Shown: positions 1-13,181 of the stretch, piece by piece
How positions within the stretch are numbered: position 1 is the first letter of the stretch
How the letters are laid out: every line of letters starts with the position of its first letter
Source of the DNA: Lingula anatina
Lineage: Eukaryota > Animalia > Brachiopoda
DNA: 64,000 nucleotides
NCBI GenBank assembly: GCA_051362555.1
Contig: CM120649.1
Location: 3,782,001-3,846,000 of the forward strand
Direction of reading: 5' to 3'
The notes under the pieces: model-generated
What the model was told of the DNA's origin: nothing
Databases searched by the model: none
The model's input: only the letters and a program-made list of their open reading frames with translations
Program-made: the position numbers and the translations under genes

Positions 1-269
1 TTGTAAATCTAACTCTAAAACTAGTATGTTGACTCCATACAAAAGAACCATGCTTAATCATGGTTAATTGTATTACTATTTATATTATTTCCCGTTTTCG
101 TTACGGGCAAACAAAGTCTATACTTTTGAGAGATCTATTTGCAGTGTTTTGCAATATATTAAATTGGTAAATGACTATTTGTTTCTCAATTCATCAACAG
201 CTAGCTTGAAGTGTTTCTTCTCATACCGGTTGTTATCTCGATTATAATTTATGATTTTTATTTGACCAG

Positions 270-3200
270 GCGTCTGCGGCGAGTGTTTCAAAGAGGGCAG
301 AAGAAAAAAGTAAGTATTTGCTTTAACTATATGAAGCGAGATGTGCTTGTAGTAGTATCGTGGTAGGGTTTTTTTCTAATTTATATTTAAGTGGGCTGAA
401 AAATAGAAATATCTACATAAATTAAAAACAATTTATACTCCCGTTTGGCTTTTTTTATTTTAAAGCATTTATATCACGTAGATTTTTGCAATGAATAAGT
501 GTAAGTACCCAATTTCTTAAGGATAAGAAAACTACGTTGAAAAAGGACGTAAGAATGCTCTGGTCCTGCTATTAGTTCCCTCAGATCGGCATGCAACTCG
601 GATTTGTAAACAATCTAAAAGAAAAACTAAAGCAATGTGCTCGCGTTTGGTTACAAATGTGCACGTGTCCGGGGTGAGGCTGATGGTATAAGCATAAATC
701 TCTATTTTATTCAGTCATATCGTTGAGAAAAAAACGTGGTAAACATGGATATAAAGGGCATCCGTTTTAGCTACAATTTTCAAAAAAAAAAAAAAAAAAA
801 AAAAGAAAGAAAAAAAATGCGGCAACCTAAATTTGGTGGATCTTATAAGTGTTTTTTTTTTAATCCTTCAAACCAACATTAACATGTAAATCAAATTGTA
901 ATTCAGAGGGAAGCTTTTCCGGTCATTTTGACGGTCCCCCGAACCAATAGCAACCGGGTTCGGCCTCTGTACGGGCGTGTGGGAATTCTAATAGATTCAT
1001 TGTCTTTTGCCTTCAGTTTGCGGTAAACCATCAGACATCATCTTTGTCATCGACGCCAGCAGCAGCATTTGGCCACCACACTTCACAAAGCAGCTCAGAT
1101 TCATCCAAAACGTTGTCGACCAATTCAACGTCAAGGACGATGGTTCAGGGACCCGGATAGGAGCCGTGGTCTTCAGCAACGCCGAGCTGACCAGGGTAGC
1201 GTTTGACCTCAACGACCACTTCGGTAAAGCCGCCTTAAGGAAGGCTATTGAAGGTATTAAGCAGATGGGCGGGAATACATACACGGATACTGCTTTGGAA
1301 ATGGTGCGCACGAAGCTGTTGAACAAGGCAGCAGGTGAGTGTGTCAGAGGGCAAGGGTCAAGGTCGGAGGTCATGGTCGTTGATTACGGGTCTGTTTGTG
1401 TCAAGTAAAGACCATGTGTGGGGTGAGCCTTTAGGTTGGGCAGTATGGCTGGTCCTCCCGTAATAACTGATAAGGTTGTTAAAATTTAATAAGAAGTATG
1501 TGATATAGGTGAGCTATAAAGAGGTGCGTGGGAACGGAAATGAGGGATGAGATAAACGACTTCCATCAACTTTATTTATTAAAATAACATCAATACTTCT
1601 GTATTTCATTATTGCTTCGTGAAAATATACGTGTATGTAATCGAGTCTTAGTTCTATATCTCTTTCATTCTACTAGAGTCACCTAAACCCAACTATTTAA
1701 TCAAAATATGGCTACTTTTTCCTAGGTGCTCGAATGCACAGTGAAGTTCCACAAATCGTGATCGTGATGACAGATGGCGTTTCACAAGACCCGCCCGAGA
1801 CTGCAAGACAAGCCCAGCTAATCAAGGATATCAAAGGTGTTAAGATAATCTCTCTTGGCATTGGATTGAAGGTAATTCATATATTTCTTGTTTAGAAATC
1901 AATCATTATAGGCATAATATTGTTCATTCGATACGTTTCTTGTTACGACAAAAAATGAGAGTTAAAAATCCAGTTTGCTACTTGGTATATCTGTTCATTA
2001 AAGAGTGTGTTAAACAAAATAGGAATCTAATATTGCGACACGTACTATATTTCATCACTCCGTAGCTTCAGTGATTAACCCATCTTCCACTACAAAACAC
2101 AACATAGAAGAAAAACGAGACAAAACCGAGCATTTTTGGCCATCCCCGTGCCTATATATCAATCACTGAATGTGCCCTCGACAACTGTTTTACATGTAAC
2201 CCCCTTAGTAAAATCTGAGCAGTGTAAACCTTATGTTACCATAGATGTTCAGCATGCTACATTAGAATGATATAGACTATACTTGAACGATTATGAAAGA
2301 GGAAAATGGTTTATTTACATTGTACTTTTTCGAGGCTGTTCGTTTTATCGCGGAATGAGAGCTAACAAGTTGTAATTTCCTGACTGTATTTCAGGTCAGA
2401 ATTTATTTCATGATCAGGTGACAAGTATCATGTCGATGAGTGCTTCCCTGTTCATAAACGTGCTGTTAGTTTTAATACTTTATGGAGGGAGGATGGGGGG
2501 GGGGGAGAGTAAAAGAATCTGATACAGCACACGGGGAAAAGTTACTGAAATATGTAGGCAACAGAAGTGGCCTTTTATATTTTTATTTTGTTTTATTTGT
2601 CTTCAAACGCTTGCTATACCTTATTTGAGGGGGGAAAACGGGAGAAAGGTAGTAGGGAGGCTTTACTTTTTTAGGGGGGGGGGGTGCGCTCGTGTCCCCC
2701 TGTTTTTCCCCCTTTAAATTTGCCATTAATTTTGAGGTGAACACTTCATGTCCTCTCTTGATTTAGGTTTGGCACCCTTCAAGTAACAGCTTGTAATTTC
2801 CGAAGGAGGTGGGGGAACAGTTGTACATTGAAAAAAGAAAACAAAAAGCATGACCGTGTTAAGTTAGCTTGTACCGGATCATTAATAACAGAATTTGCGG
2901 GAATATCAGCTAAGATCGGTCTATTAATCATCTGCAACAGTTAGTCTGTCGTGTACTTGGAACTAAATAAGGCAACATCTGACTGCATTTTAGCTAAGGG
3001 CGCGATAATATGTGTGTTAAGAGCCGGTAATATCCGCTAAGGGTGAAAAGTTGTAAATTATCCTCAAATTCCGCGCTAATGAAAATGTCTAAAAGCGAGA
3101 AGGGTCATCCATCATTTTGACACTCCATTACAACATAACATGTATATTTACTAGTATAATTTAGATTTCATTAAATCGTGTCCGACTGAGCGAGGAAAAT

Positions 3201-4983
3201 ATTGTAGGTTTATGATGCCAGGGCTATAAATTATAGTGAAAGTTGTGCGCATACGTGACAAGGCAGAAAGAAAAAAAAAGTACACACGAAATGAAATAAT
3301 AGACTAGACAATATTTTTGCAGGTGGCTTCATATATGACGTTGTTAAGTTTGGTTCAAGTTTGACAATTACTGTGAAATTTCAATTTCAATGACTTTTTT
3401 TTTGCTAAAAACAATTTGTTATTAATTTCTTCTCGTTGCTGTATTAAATAAGTTATATCTCGATCGAACCTAGAGGTACCGGTACATGTACACAATTTAA
3501 AAGCGATTCAACATTTATGATTCCCACAGGTAAACATGGGTGAAATAATGGATCTTGCCAGTGAACCCAAGGACCACAACGCCTTCACAGTCAACAGTTA
3601 TGATGGGCTGGAAAGCATCAAAAAGGAACTCGCCATTGAAGCCTGCCCGGAAGTCCTCCCGCCGTGTGACGTCACCACAAATTGCGGCATCAACAAAACT
3701 GCTGACGTGGCATTTGTGTTGGGCGAGACCGTCACGAGGTCTGGGGTGTCGACAGGGAGGGCGCTGGATTTTGTGAAAAACGTCACCGCAGACATGCACA
3801 TTGGCCCGAACGAAATTCGAGTTGCTATGGTTCCGAAGGAGTGCAACACACCCGGGTATCACTTCAACGAGTATTCAACTTACGAATCCATGGTGGGCCA
3901 CATGGACAAATACAAGGTAATAAAATTGTTTGTAGAAATGTTGACATTGCCATTTTTTAATATTTAAGGCGACTGGAATGCCGATAAGTTCAGGTGATAA
4001 AAATAATTTAGAAGTCAGCTACTTTGATTCGGCGAAATAATAAAACAAAGCCGCTTTTGTTGTTTCCAACATAAAACGGAATGAAAAATCAGGAACTGAG
4101 AAGGTCATTATTTATATCTTTTGAGTCTTTTAAACATTTTTTTCTCACATACACATCGCTTTTGTATTTCAGAAAATTGAGCAGACCACAGCTGCGCGTC
4201 TCAGATACATGACCCGTGAAACCTTCAGCGTCCGAAATGGCGCACGAGCTGGAGTGAGGAAAATCGCAGTGGTCATTGTCGATGGGAAATCTGAAAACAG
4301 ACCTGCAATCTATGCTGCTGCTAAGGCCGCCAAACAGGCGGGGGTGGAGCTGATTGCCATCGGCGTGGGTGATAATATCGAGCCAAAGGAACTCGGCATC
4401 ATTGCTACGTCACGAAGACACGTGATCAGGCTGCAGGATTACTCCCAGTTGAGGGGACAGCTCAGGAGACTCTTCTACAGAGTCGTCTGCAAAGGTGCGT
4501 TAATAATATAGAAATACCGGGTTTTCCGCCATTATTTCATTCCTCTTGAAAAACATAGCTCTTTCTAATATACTATAGGCCTATCACAATAGGCCTACAG
4601 CTGTTAAAGTATGTAAGCGGGTATCCAACTGAAGGTTTGTAATGGTGCATTTTAGTACCACGTGTCTACGCCAATTGATCATATACATGTAGGTAGACAC
4701 ATGTGCAGGTTCCCAATATCGTTATACATGTATCAAATAATATTCAGTTTGAAACCATGATATGCATTTGTTTTTATACATTTTGAATATCCATTTATTA
4801 TCATCACTTGGCAATTGCTTTTATCGTTTGCTTTAATTGAAAAAACCTTTATTCTCAGGTGGAGTAGACCCCGACCCTGATGACAGGTGCGACAAAGAGG
4901 AAGAAGAAGAAGAAGACAATAATGCACTTCCATCAGGTTTCAGCAACTTCCGGGGAAACATTCCGCCAGGATACCCGTACTAA
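270..4983 (+). CDS. Secreted protein with two von Willebrand factor A domains (matrilin/collagen VI-like); 5' end not identified
   Basis: Phase-compatible GT-AG exons read manually: 270-309 (ASAASVSKRAEEK), 1017-1334, 1726-1871, 3530-3916, 4173-4494, 4859-4983 (TAA). VWA1 has DIIFVIDASSSI (MIDAS DxSxS), GNTYT and VIVMTDG. VWA2 has ADVAFVLGETV...IAVVIVDGKS. The tail is acidic, then Pro/Gly/Tyr-rich. Confidence 0.88.
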
Positions 4984-6960
4984 GACAGGACCAATCAATA
5001 GCTACTATCCAAGCTGGGCAGCAAACATTTACAGCTTATAACAATTTATCTCTAATATGATTATTAATGTTGACATCCAATGTCCTTAACTGTTTGGTTT
5101 AATATTTTATGATTGTGATTTTTACACAACCAACTTATGTGAAGAATTCTTTATTGACATTCAATATTTAACACTGATGTTGTCATGTACTACTTTTAAT
5201 GACAGTTATTCTAATGGATGAACATTTATATGTTTAATTATTTTTATTATAACTATTTACTGGACATTGCTAATATTAGGCTGTGACTATTACTGGATAA
5301 CGACTGTCTTAGCTCTGAACTTGAAAATTCGCATCTTAATAATGAATTTATATAGCTTAGATTTTGTGCAATTCAAATAATCTGAATTTGACGAGGCTGA
5401 AATCATTAAATAAGCATCGCCTTAATTTAAAGTTATTGTGCAATATGAAGCCGTTTATGAATTATTGGACAGCTGATCTCGACTCTCTGCACGATACCTT
5501 TTTTGTTGCTATATGCAGCTGTTTTGAGACAAAAAACTTTCACTTAAGCCAGATGTTTTTGCACCACTTCCGGTTACCACTTTTAACGTTTTTTTTGTCA
5601 TAACCATTGTGCGTTATATATATTTATATATAACTTTTTTCAATTAATAATTAAATTTTTATTAGAAATGCATATGTTTGATCTGTATTATGATTTTTAA
5701 TTCCTACTTTTAATGAAAAGACCAAAAGTAGTAGACCAAAATGTTTTCAGGCATACTTTTTTAATCGATTTTTCATTCCATTTATTGTTTTATATATTAA
5801 TTCTTAATCTATAATCTTTAAGTATGATTATTAAAAGAAACAGGAAAACCTACCGATTAAGGTTTGTTACTTATAACTGGCTAATTAGAAGTATCTAAAT
5901 GTAGCTAATTATGACAGAAAGAAAATTTATATTCTCCGATGTGCCTTTTGATTTGAACTTCAATTATTCCTAATTTCAACAATTTCATGTTTTTTTTCTA
6001 CTTTTACTAGTAAGCATACAAACAATGTAACAGTGTTAGTTGGCCAACCAAAACTCTATGATGCTATGGTTGGATTTCATGAATAAACACGTATTTGATT
6101 AGCAAAAAACATTAATCTTTTGTTTGTTCAAAACGAAGAGAAATGACGTGCAAAACAGACGAGGTTACTTCGCTTATATGAAAGTGTGAAAATCACACAT
6201 TAGATTTATGATAATCATGATACATGTATTTCCCTGATATGTATAATTTTATAAAATGTTAAAATAATGTAATGGCTCTATATTTGGATAAACTGAATTT
6301 AGACTTTTTGTGATACTGACCACTGCTGAAAAATTATGGTTAAAAATATGGTACTCACAAGAGCTTAAAATGTGGTAGGTGAGACGAGAATCGATATTCA
6401 GAGAGATTTGAATGCTGTAGGAGAGACAACACGTAGATTCTGTTGGGGAGGTAGAGAATATACCTGTACTTACCCGCGTAATCACTGATGGATATAGGAT
6501 TTTGCACGTGGGGACTGGGTGGGTGGGGGGGGGCACAAAAATCTCAGCATATTTGAAGAAGAAGACGAAGTCAAATTAACTGAAATAAAATGGGCAACAA
6601 AGAAAAAGTTGACCGAGTCCGTTTGATGTACTTTATTTATTGATTGATTTTTTTTTTTTTTTTTTGGGGGGGGGGGGGGGGGGGGATGGCAACTAAAAGA
6701 GAGAGAAAGATGGCGCCACTGTGCCTCCTCAATCCGCCTCCTCAATCCTCAGTTATAAATGTCCACAATGACCTAGACAGGTCACTGCATGGTGTCAAAC
6801 TTGTATTCTCACCCGGTTGCAATCACAGTAAGCTACGTGGATGGAAGTACTGCTCAGTGTAGCTAATAAGGCATGCTAGACTGTGTAACGGCACAGGTAA
6901 AGGTAATTCGCTAGATATTGACGTATGCATGTGAAACACTTCTAAGGGGTTAGCTTGACC

Positions 6961-7008
<48 letters not shown>

Positions 7009-7025
7009 TAATAATAATAATAATG
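6961..7025. repeat. (AAT)n microsatellite
   Basis: Near-perfect taa repeat run. Confidence 0.95.
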
Positions 7026-9634
7026 AAAACAATTATAATAATCAATGATTAATTTGCTTATAAATTGCTTTATAAGAAGTTACCTCTGTACCAACATATA
7101 TAGCATTCACATCATTTAGTGTCCAACTTCTTCACAAAGAAAGTTCTTTTTGTATAGATCAATAGATTCTGAATGCCTTTCACTTACTTGATGACTGTTT
7201 CATACGGGTTCTGTGATCACTTAATCACATCTCAAATTCGAGTGGTATAGATAGTATTGTATGGACCTACACAAAATTACTTCTTTCAGCATTACAACAT
7301 GAACTCTCATGAAGTTGTTCGGATTTCACAGAATTTGAACAAAATGTCCTTTAGAAATCCGATATGACAAGAATGGTAGTCCGCTAGGAACCGTAGTCCG
7401 TTCACTATTACTTTGTACAGGCGACATTCGTCCTACATGCCAACTCCAGTAGTCCGACTTACCCTAACTCCATACTTATCATATGGGACTTTCATGAGTG
7501 GGCTTTTTTCAAAGTAAAATTATATAAATAAATAAATAAATAAATAAATAAACAGGTGTTTTATTCAAGCGGTTTAATAACTGTATTGAATGATAAATTT
7601 ATTGATTAATTAATTAATCTTAATCAATACTTTAACTAATTACCGTTTTTATATATTATAAAGATATAAAACCGATCTTCAATGAAATATTAAAATCAGA
7701 ATAAACAGTTGAGCAACCTCTGTTTCAGAAGAAACTGTTAATTGATATTTCAGATAAAATAGGCATCGCTCTCAACAAATCGTCATAATGAAAAAATATA
7801 CTGTCAAAATTATCAAACATAGGTGTCAATGGAAGTCAATTGTCACCGCCTACGCAGAGTTGTCATCAGGTTTTTGGTCATTAGATGTATGTGTCTGTAT
7901 TAGTCAGGTAAAAAACCCACAATGTGTCATTTGAGGATATTTATCATGATGGTCGCGTCATTAGTCTCACATTGACCTCTTTTACGGAACTAAATCACAC
8001 GCTCTATGCGTCTGCAATATGCAGGTATGTTGATCGAAAACGAGGTTTTGGTGTAGAAAATGACTTATTCGGTTATTTTTAACTTGTGACACTCAGAACT
8101 CGGAACCAAAAATAAAAGTGATACAAGGAAGAGGTGAACTTAATGGATGGCGTCTCATCCGTCCTGAGGTCTTTGGGTACTTAAAGTGTGTCATCAGTTA
8201 TACATTTTTAATATATAGACAGACGACAGCACAGCAGTTCCAGTTCTGTAATTCAGGTACGCTTTTTACATGTACACACTGTACCTGTATATTGAACGTA
8301 CAGGTACAATGTTCAGTATATTGGGCAGATGTACAATTGACTATTTCCAGTACAGGTGCATGTCAACAGTTACTGCAGGCCTGTGTGTATAGCTATGTAC
8401 ATTGTACGATGACATGTATATGCCGGGGTGCACTGTATATGGTACAGTTGTACATGTTGCTGTAAGGGGAATGTGACACTTTATATAGAATGAGATAGCA
8501 CATTAACATGTAGGCCTTCAAGTCGCAAGTATCATTAAATATTAATTAAGTTGGATAGTCCAGGTACATGTACTAACATAGTTGTATTTTAGTGCAGCTC
8601 TTTATGTCCCCACATATTGTGCCTTGCTTATCCCGGTACATTTAGGTCTGTTGAAAAGTAGTCGTAGCGTTTTCTGAAAGCCCGTTTTGTAAGGCCCCAG
8701 GTCAGTATTTCAATCATACTGGTGTTTGACAATCCGATCTTCTTTGTCCTTGGCTGTTGTAAACATGTATCTACAGGAGGTGTATGTCAATATAAAACAC
8801 CGCGTGATAGATCTACGCAATGTGTCTATACATCCCTATACAGGTCCCTATACATCAATGAACTAGTACATATAGTACATCAGTTTCGTATGTGTTTTAT
8901 ATGTGTTGAATACTTTTAGTACATTGATCACGAGGTCACGGGGCGTTCTTCTCCCTGTCCTTGTCATGGTTTACTACATTTATTTAGGTCGGCGTGTACT
9001 TGTACACCTTGTGACATGATTCAGTAAAGTGTGTAGGCGAGAATGGAAACCACTTTACAAAATGCAGACAAATAACAGTAACTCAAAAAATAATAATAAA
9101 ATAAAAAATAAAGTAAATAATAACTATAAAGGATTTAAAAAATACATATAATGGTATACCAACTCATGTGGGTTCACACACATTAAATGTCTGTTTTAAC
9201 ACCTTGTTACTTATATCCCGGCGGTTAATTTGGATGACTAACATATACGTGTATCTTTAACTTACAATGTGGGCTGAACAGTGACCTGGTTGTATTAATA
9301 CCATGTTACGAGGCAGATAGGGCACTAGTAGTCCTTACACCTCCGGCTGATTTATTTTTATATAAAATTAGTTTATATAAATACAGATGCACGGTGTCAT
9401 AATACATGTACCCACCGAATCTACTAGGAATTATGTGTTACGTTTATATATTTTCATTTTTAATATAATAATAATTATTATTATTACTGTATAATTACGA
9501 CGGATATTTTTTTTTTTTCTGAAAGAAAAACGCTTCGGCTAGTTATGGTAAGGTACTATTCTGTAAATCCAGCATTCATGTACCTAGTTACTACATGAGC
9601 TTCACCTCTTTTGATTGATTTCAGATGTGCAGAA

Positions 9635-9796
9635 ATGAGCGAATTACCCGACTTTTCACTACCATCATCCGAATTCGGGCGGGGCGTCTCCGCGACAACA
9701 TCCGAGATTGACAGCACCACGTGCAGCACCGTGAATTCTGGTGCATGTAGCCGCACAGAAACTAGAGAGGAGACAGGGAATACATGTAGGTATTTA

Positions 9797-9843
<47 letters not shown>

Positions 9844-11187
9844 TTGCCACCTACATGTTGTTATGGCAAGTCAAGTTATATAAAATTTAATCATTCTTTC
9901 TATAAAGTTTTTTCTTTCTATAAAGTTTTTTACTGTCATTTTGAAGACGGTATTGGTTTACTTTACATGTATGTTCCATACTCATACTCAATTGACCCAA
10001 ATTTCTCTATAAAGAGTAAAAATATCTGAAAAAATTGTTATTTCATACTCAGTATTTCATTCATCAGTACATTTTCGCTCTATTAATTATTCGTAATTCA
10101 TTTTGCATTTTGATGAATTCGTTTAATATTTCAGCGAAAACATTTAGGCAAGATTTTGATTTTGATCGCTTGGGTCAAAAGTTAATATCCGCTTTAATTT
10201 ATTCCAGTGATTAACAAACCTATTCCCGAAGCAATAGCGCCAGGCAATATAATAGAAGAAATCATGTTCAGCGAAAAAACTTCAGTCATGTCCAGGGATG
10301 TTGTCCACTCTTCAGAATACGCATGCGTTAACAGTCCGGATATCCGGAAACTCTCCGACGACTTTGACAGCACAGATTCGGAATTTACAGCAGAAAATGT
10401 CATCGCAGCTGATGAAAGGTTGCGTGTCACGCCATGCACGTCACAACCGTACAGGTGGATTTGTTATTTAGAAATAACAACCGTAACTGGACTTACGTAC
10501 AAAGGAACAGGGTTTTTCAATACTATGTTAGGCCCTGGGAAACCTGGCCTGATCCTGACGTGTGCGCACAATTTGTACATCCACAATCATGGAGGCTATG
10601 CAAAGAAGATCAGAGTGTACCCTGGAAGAGACATGGGGAACACTCCATACGGCCACTTCACTGTGTATCCGGAGTGTTTCAAAGTCCCGGATGCTTGGCT
10701 AGAATCCAAATCACCAGAGTACGATTACGGGGCTCTTTTCGTCACAGATCCAAACCTTATCCCTAAAGCGGTGTACGGTTTTGGATATAGGCTTCTAGAT
10801 GATTCTGATTTAGAAAAACGTGTGATAACAATAGCTGGTTACCCTGGCGATAAACCGGATGGTACTCTTTGGGTTGCCGGGGGAACGATTGGTCGCGTGT
10901 TGCCGTATGCCGTCCATTACGACAACGACACGGAAGGAGGTCAAAGCGGTAGCCCCGTGTGGACTTGGGACAAATATAACTGGATGGTGGTCGGAATTCA
11001 CGGATATGGAGGAAGCATGCGGAACTCAGCTCGTCGGCTGACAGCGGACTTGGTCAGGCAGGTTTACGCTTGGTCTGAGGATTTGCCCACGGCAACAAGT
11101 GACCGACATTCAATGACCTCTTTTCGCAGTAGTAGTTATCGTTGGATGAGGATCACAAGTAGAAGTGGGATAGAAACAACTGTTTAA
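9635..11187 (+). CDS. Trypsin-fold serine protease of bacterial glutamyl endopeptidase (V8/Bacillus, MEROPS S1B) type
   Basis: Exon 9635-9740 (ATG; donor G|gtgcat) joins in phase 1 to exon 10208-11187 (acceptor ttccag). Catalytic motifs are LTCAH, EYDYG and DTEGGQSGSPV. Family-type motifs are VIAADERLRV, PYRWI, VYPGR, IAGYPGDKP and VVGIHGYGG. Confidence 0.88.
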
Positions 11188-11322
11188 TGAGATTATTAGA
11201 CACGTGAAGTTTTATGACATCACAAAATGCACACGTGTTGGCGTGGACAGAAACTTGTTTATCTGTCTATATACTGTATGTAACAGCTCTCAATATACTT
11301 TATTTACGAACCCGAGTGTACT

Positions 11323-11618
11323 CTGTGTGTGAACATGGCAGAAACAAGAAACGAATGTCTTTTAATAATTTACAAATAAATAAAATGAACTTAATGCAGA
11401 ACTGAACAAACTTAGAAAAAATTAAATGAATAACATTAATGAACTAAAGATACTTACTAAATTTCTAAACTAAATAAGGATGAAAATAAATGATAAGCAC
11501 TTAAATGATCAAACTAAACTTATAGAAATACAAAATCTAAACACAAAGAAAATGAAAAGTAAACCAATCAAGTCTATCATACCTGTGTGTGAACATGGCA
11601 GAAACAAGAAACGAATGT
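11323..11618. repeat. 36-bp perfect direct repeat flanking a ~224-bp A-rich insert
   Basis: ctgtgtgtgaacatggcagaaacaagaaacgaatgt occurs at 11323-11358 and 11583-11618. Confidence 0.85.
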
Positions 11619-12289
11619 GCCGCGAAACAAAGAGGGGCGTGTTTTATATAGAAACGAAGACACACGGACACAAACGATAAGTCACGAACACACTTCTCTA
11701 CAACCACAATCATACATCATACATACATATGTTACATGTACAACTGTATACGTACATGTACTACAGGGTACATGCATTACGACGTTTTTTGCATCATTAC
11801 TTAACGAATTTGTGTAAAAATCTAAACGACAGCATTCAAGCAGTAAAATTCATGTAAAATGTGGTTAGTCATTCATATAGCATAACTGTTTTATCATGTT
11901 GCTACCTCCATATTAATTTTTAACTTTTTACGATTTAAACCTTTATCATTATTGAAAGATCATTTATGCACAGTATTCAGTATTCAATTTTTTATTCACC
12001 TTTAAATATCAGTGGCATCCTAAGAGTTGAGTACGTGTTGTGCGGGCATTAAAAACAATCAATATCGAATTCTAATGGGTTCTGATTAACAAAAAGGCAC
12101 TGCAAAATTACATATTTCTTTACCCCTCGTACAATGTGTCCGTGTCTTTAAATAAGTCCATAAAATAGCTGTGTGGACGCTACGCAAGTACGTAGTGCTT
12201 TACAGGCTTCAAAATCTATTCCTACACGGTTGGCATTAACATTGAAGGACACCAACCGAGAGACACCACACATTAAAAAAAAACGCCCA

Positions 12290-12476
12290 TTGACCAATCA
12301 AAAACTTCCAAACACCCTGATCACGTTGTGAGGTCAATGTCAACCTTTCTGATATTGCTATAGAGACACTAGCACATCTGAAGCACTTCCGGTGTATTAC
12401 TGCATAAGTGAACAGTTATTCAGTGTGCCACTTCCTGAATCCTGCTCGTGACATGAGGTGCAGCATACCGGTAGGT
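12290..12476 (+). promoter_or_regulatory. Putative promoter and non-coding first exon of glycosyltransferase-like copy 1
   Basis: CCAAT (gaccaatca ~12292) and ETS-like cacttccgg. Donor ccg|gtaggt at 12471 could pair with the polypyrimidine acceptor ttttcag ending at 13028. Confidence 0.4.
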
Positions 12477-13181
12477 TCTTCTAAAAAGAAAAAACATTAG
12501 GTTTTAAGAATCAATGACAGAGCTTTACATATTTATTTTAAAGTTTAAGGCATAAATGGTGAGCCATTTAAATTACCCTTTCATTATGTTGTGTTATCTT
12601 AAATTGTTGTTGATATAAAATTTGAATTTAAATGTATATTAAATTTGCTTCTAGTAGAAGCAAAATGTTTGCCATTTTCCTTTTCTTATGTATAAGGGTT
12701 TACCTTTAGTCCTACATGTAATTGCCCTTTGTTTATTTGTTATTGCTACTTAGAGAATATTATTTTGGTATCTGAAATTATATATATCACGCTGTTGATT
12801 TTTTTAGTTTTTTTATTATGTTTTATTTTAGTTTTTACAACAGTGCTGCACTGTAAATTTCTGGAGTGAAATAAACAGGAAGCCAGGATATTACTTATGC
12901 CTTTATATCATCAGATCTATAGCCTTTGCGTGCTACACAAGCGATTTTTGCAATGAATAATTGTCTAACACATTCACCCGTAATACCTATTTCTCTTTGC
13001 TGCATATTTTCAATTTTTATATTTTCAGTTCCATGAACTACCTATAGCATCACTTCTACTGGAAATATCCTTCAACGTGTCGGCTGTGCTACTATAGTCA
13101 TTTTTCTACGCAACGTATCGTTATATATAAATATAAAACCATCAATTGGTTAAACAACTAAATTATAAAGGTTAAACTCTG

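Noticed and set aside
60-170. Possible signal-peptide exon for the VWA gene (LIVLLFILFPVFVT)
   Set aside because: There is an in-frame stop just upstream with no Met, and no phase-compatible GT donor.
6823-7032. Poly-Leu 'signal peptide' ORF
   Set aside because: It is the translation of an (AAT)n microsatellite.
8118-8919. Cys-rich ORFs and dense tgtaca/tacatgta motifs
   Set aside because: Low-complexity motif found throughout the window; no domain or splice support.
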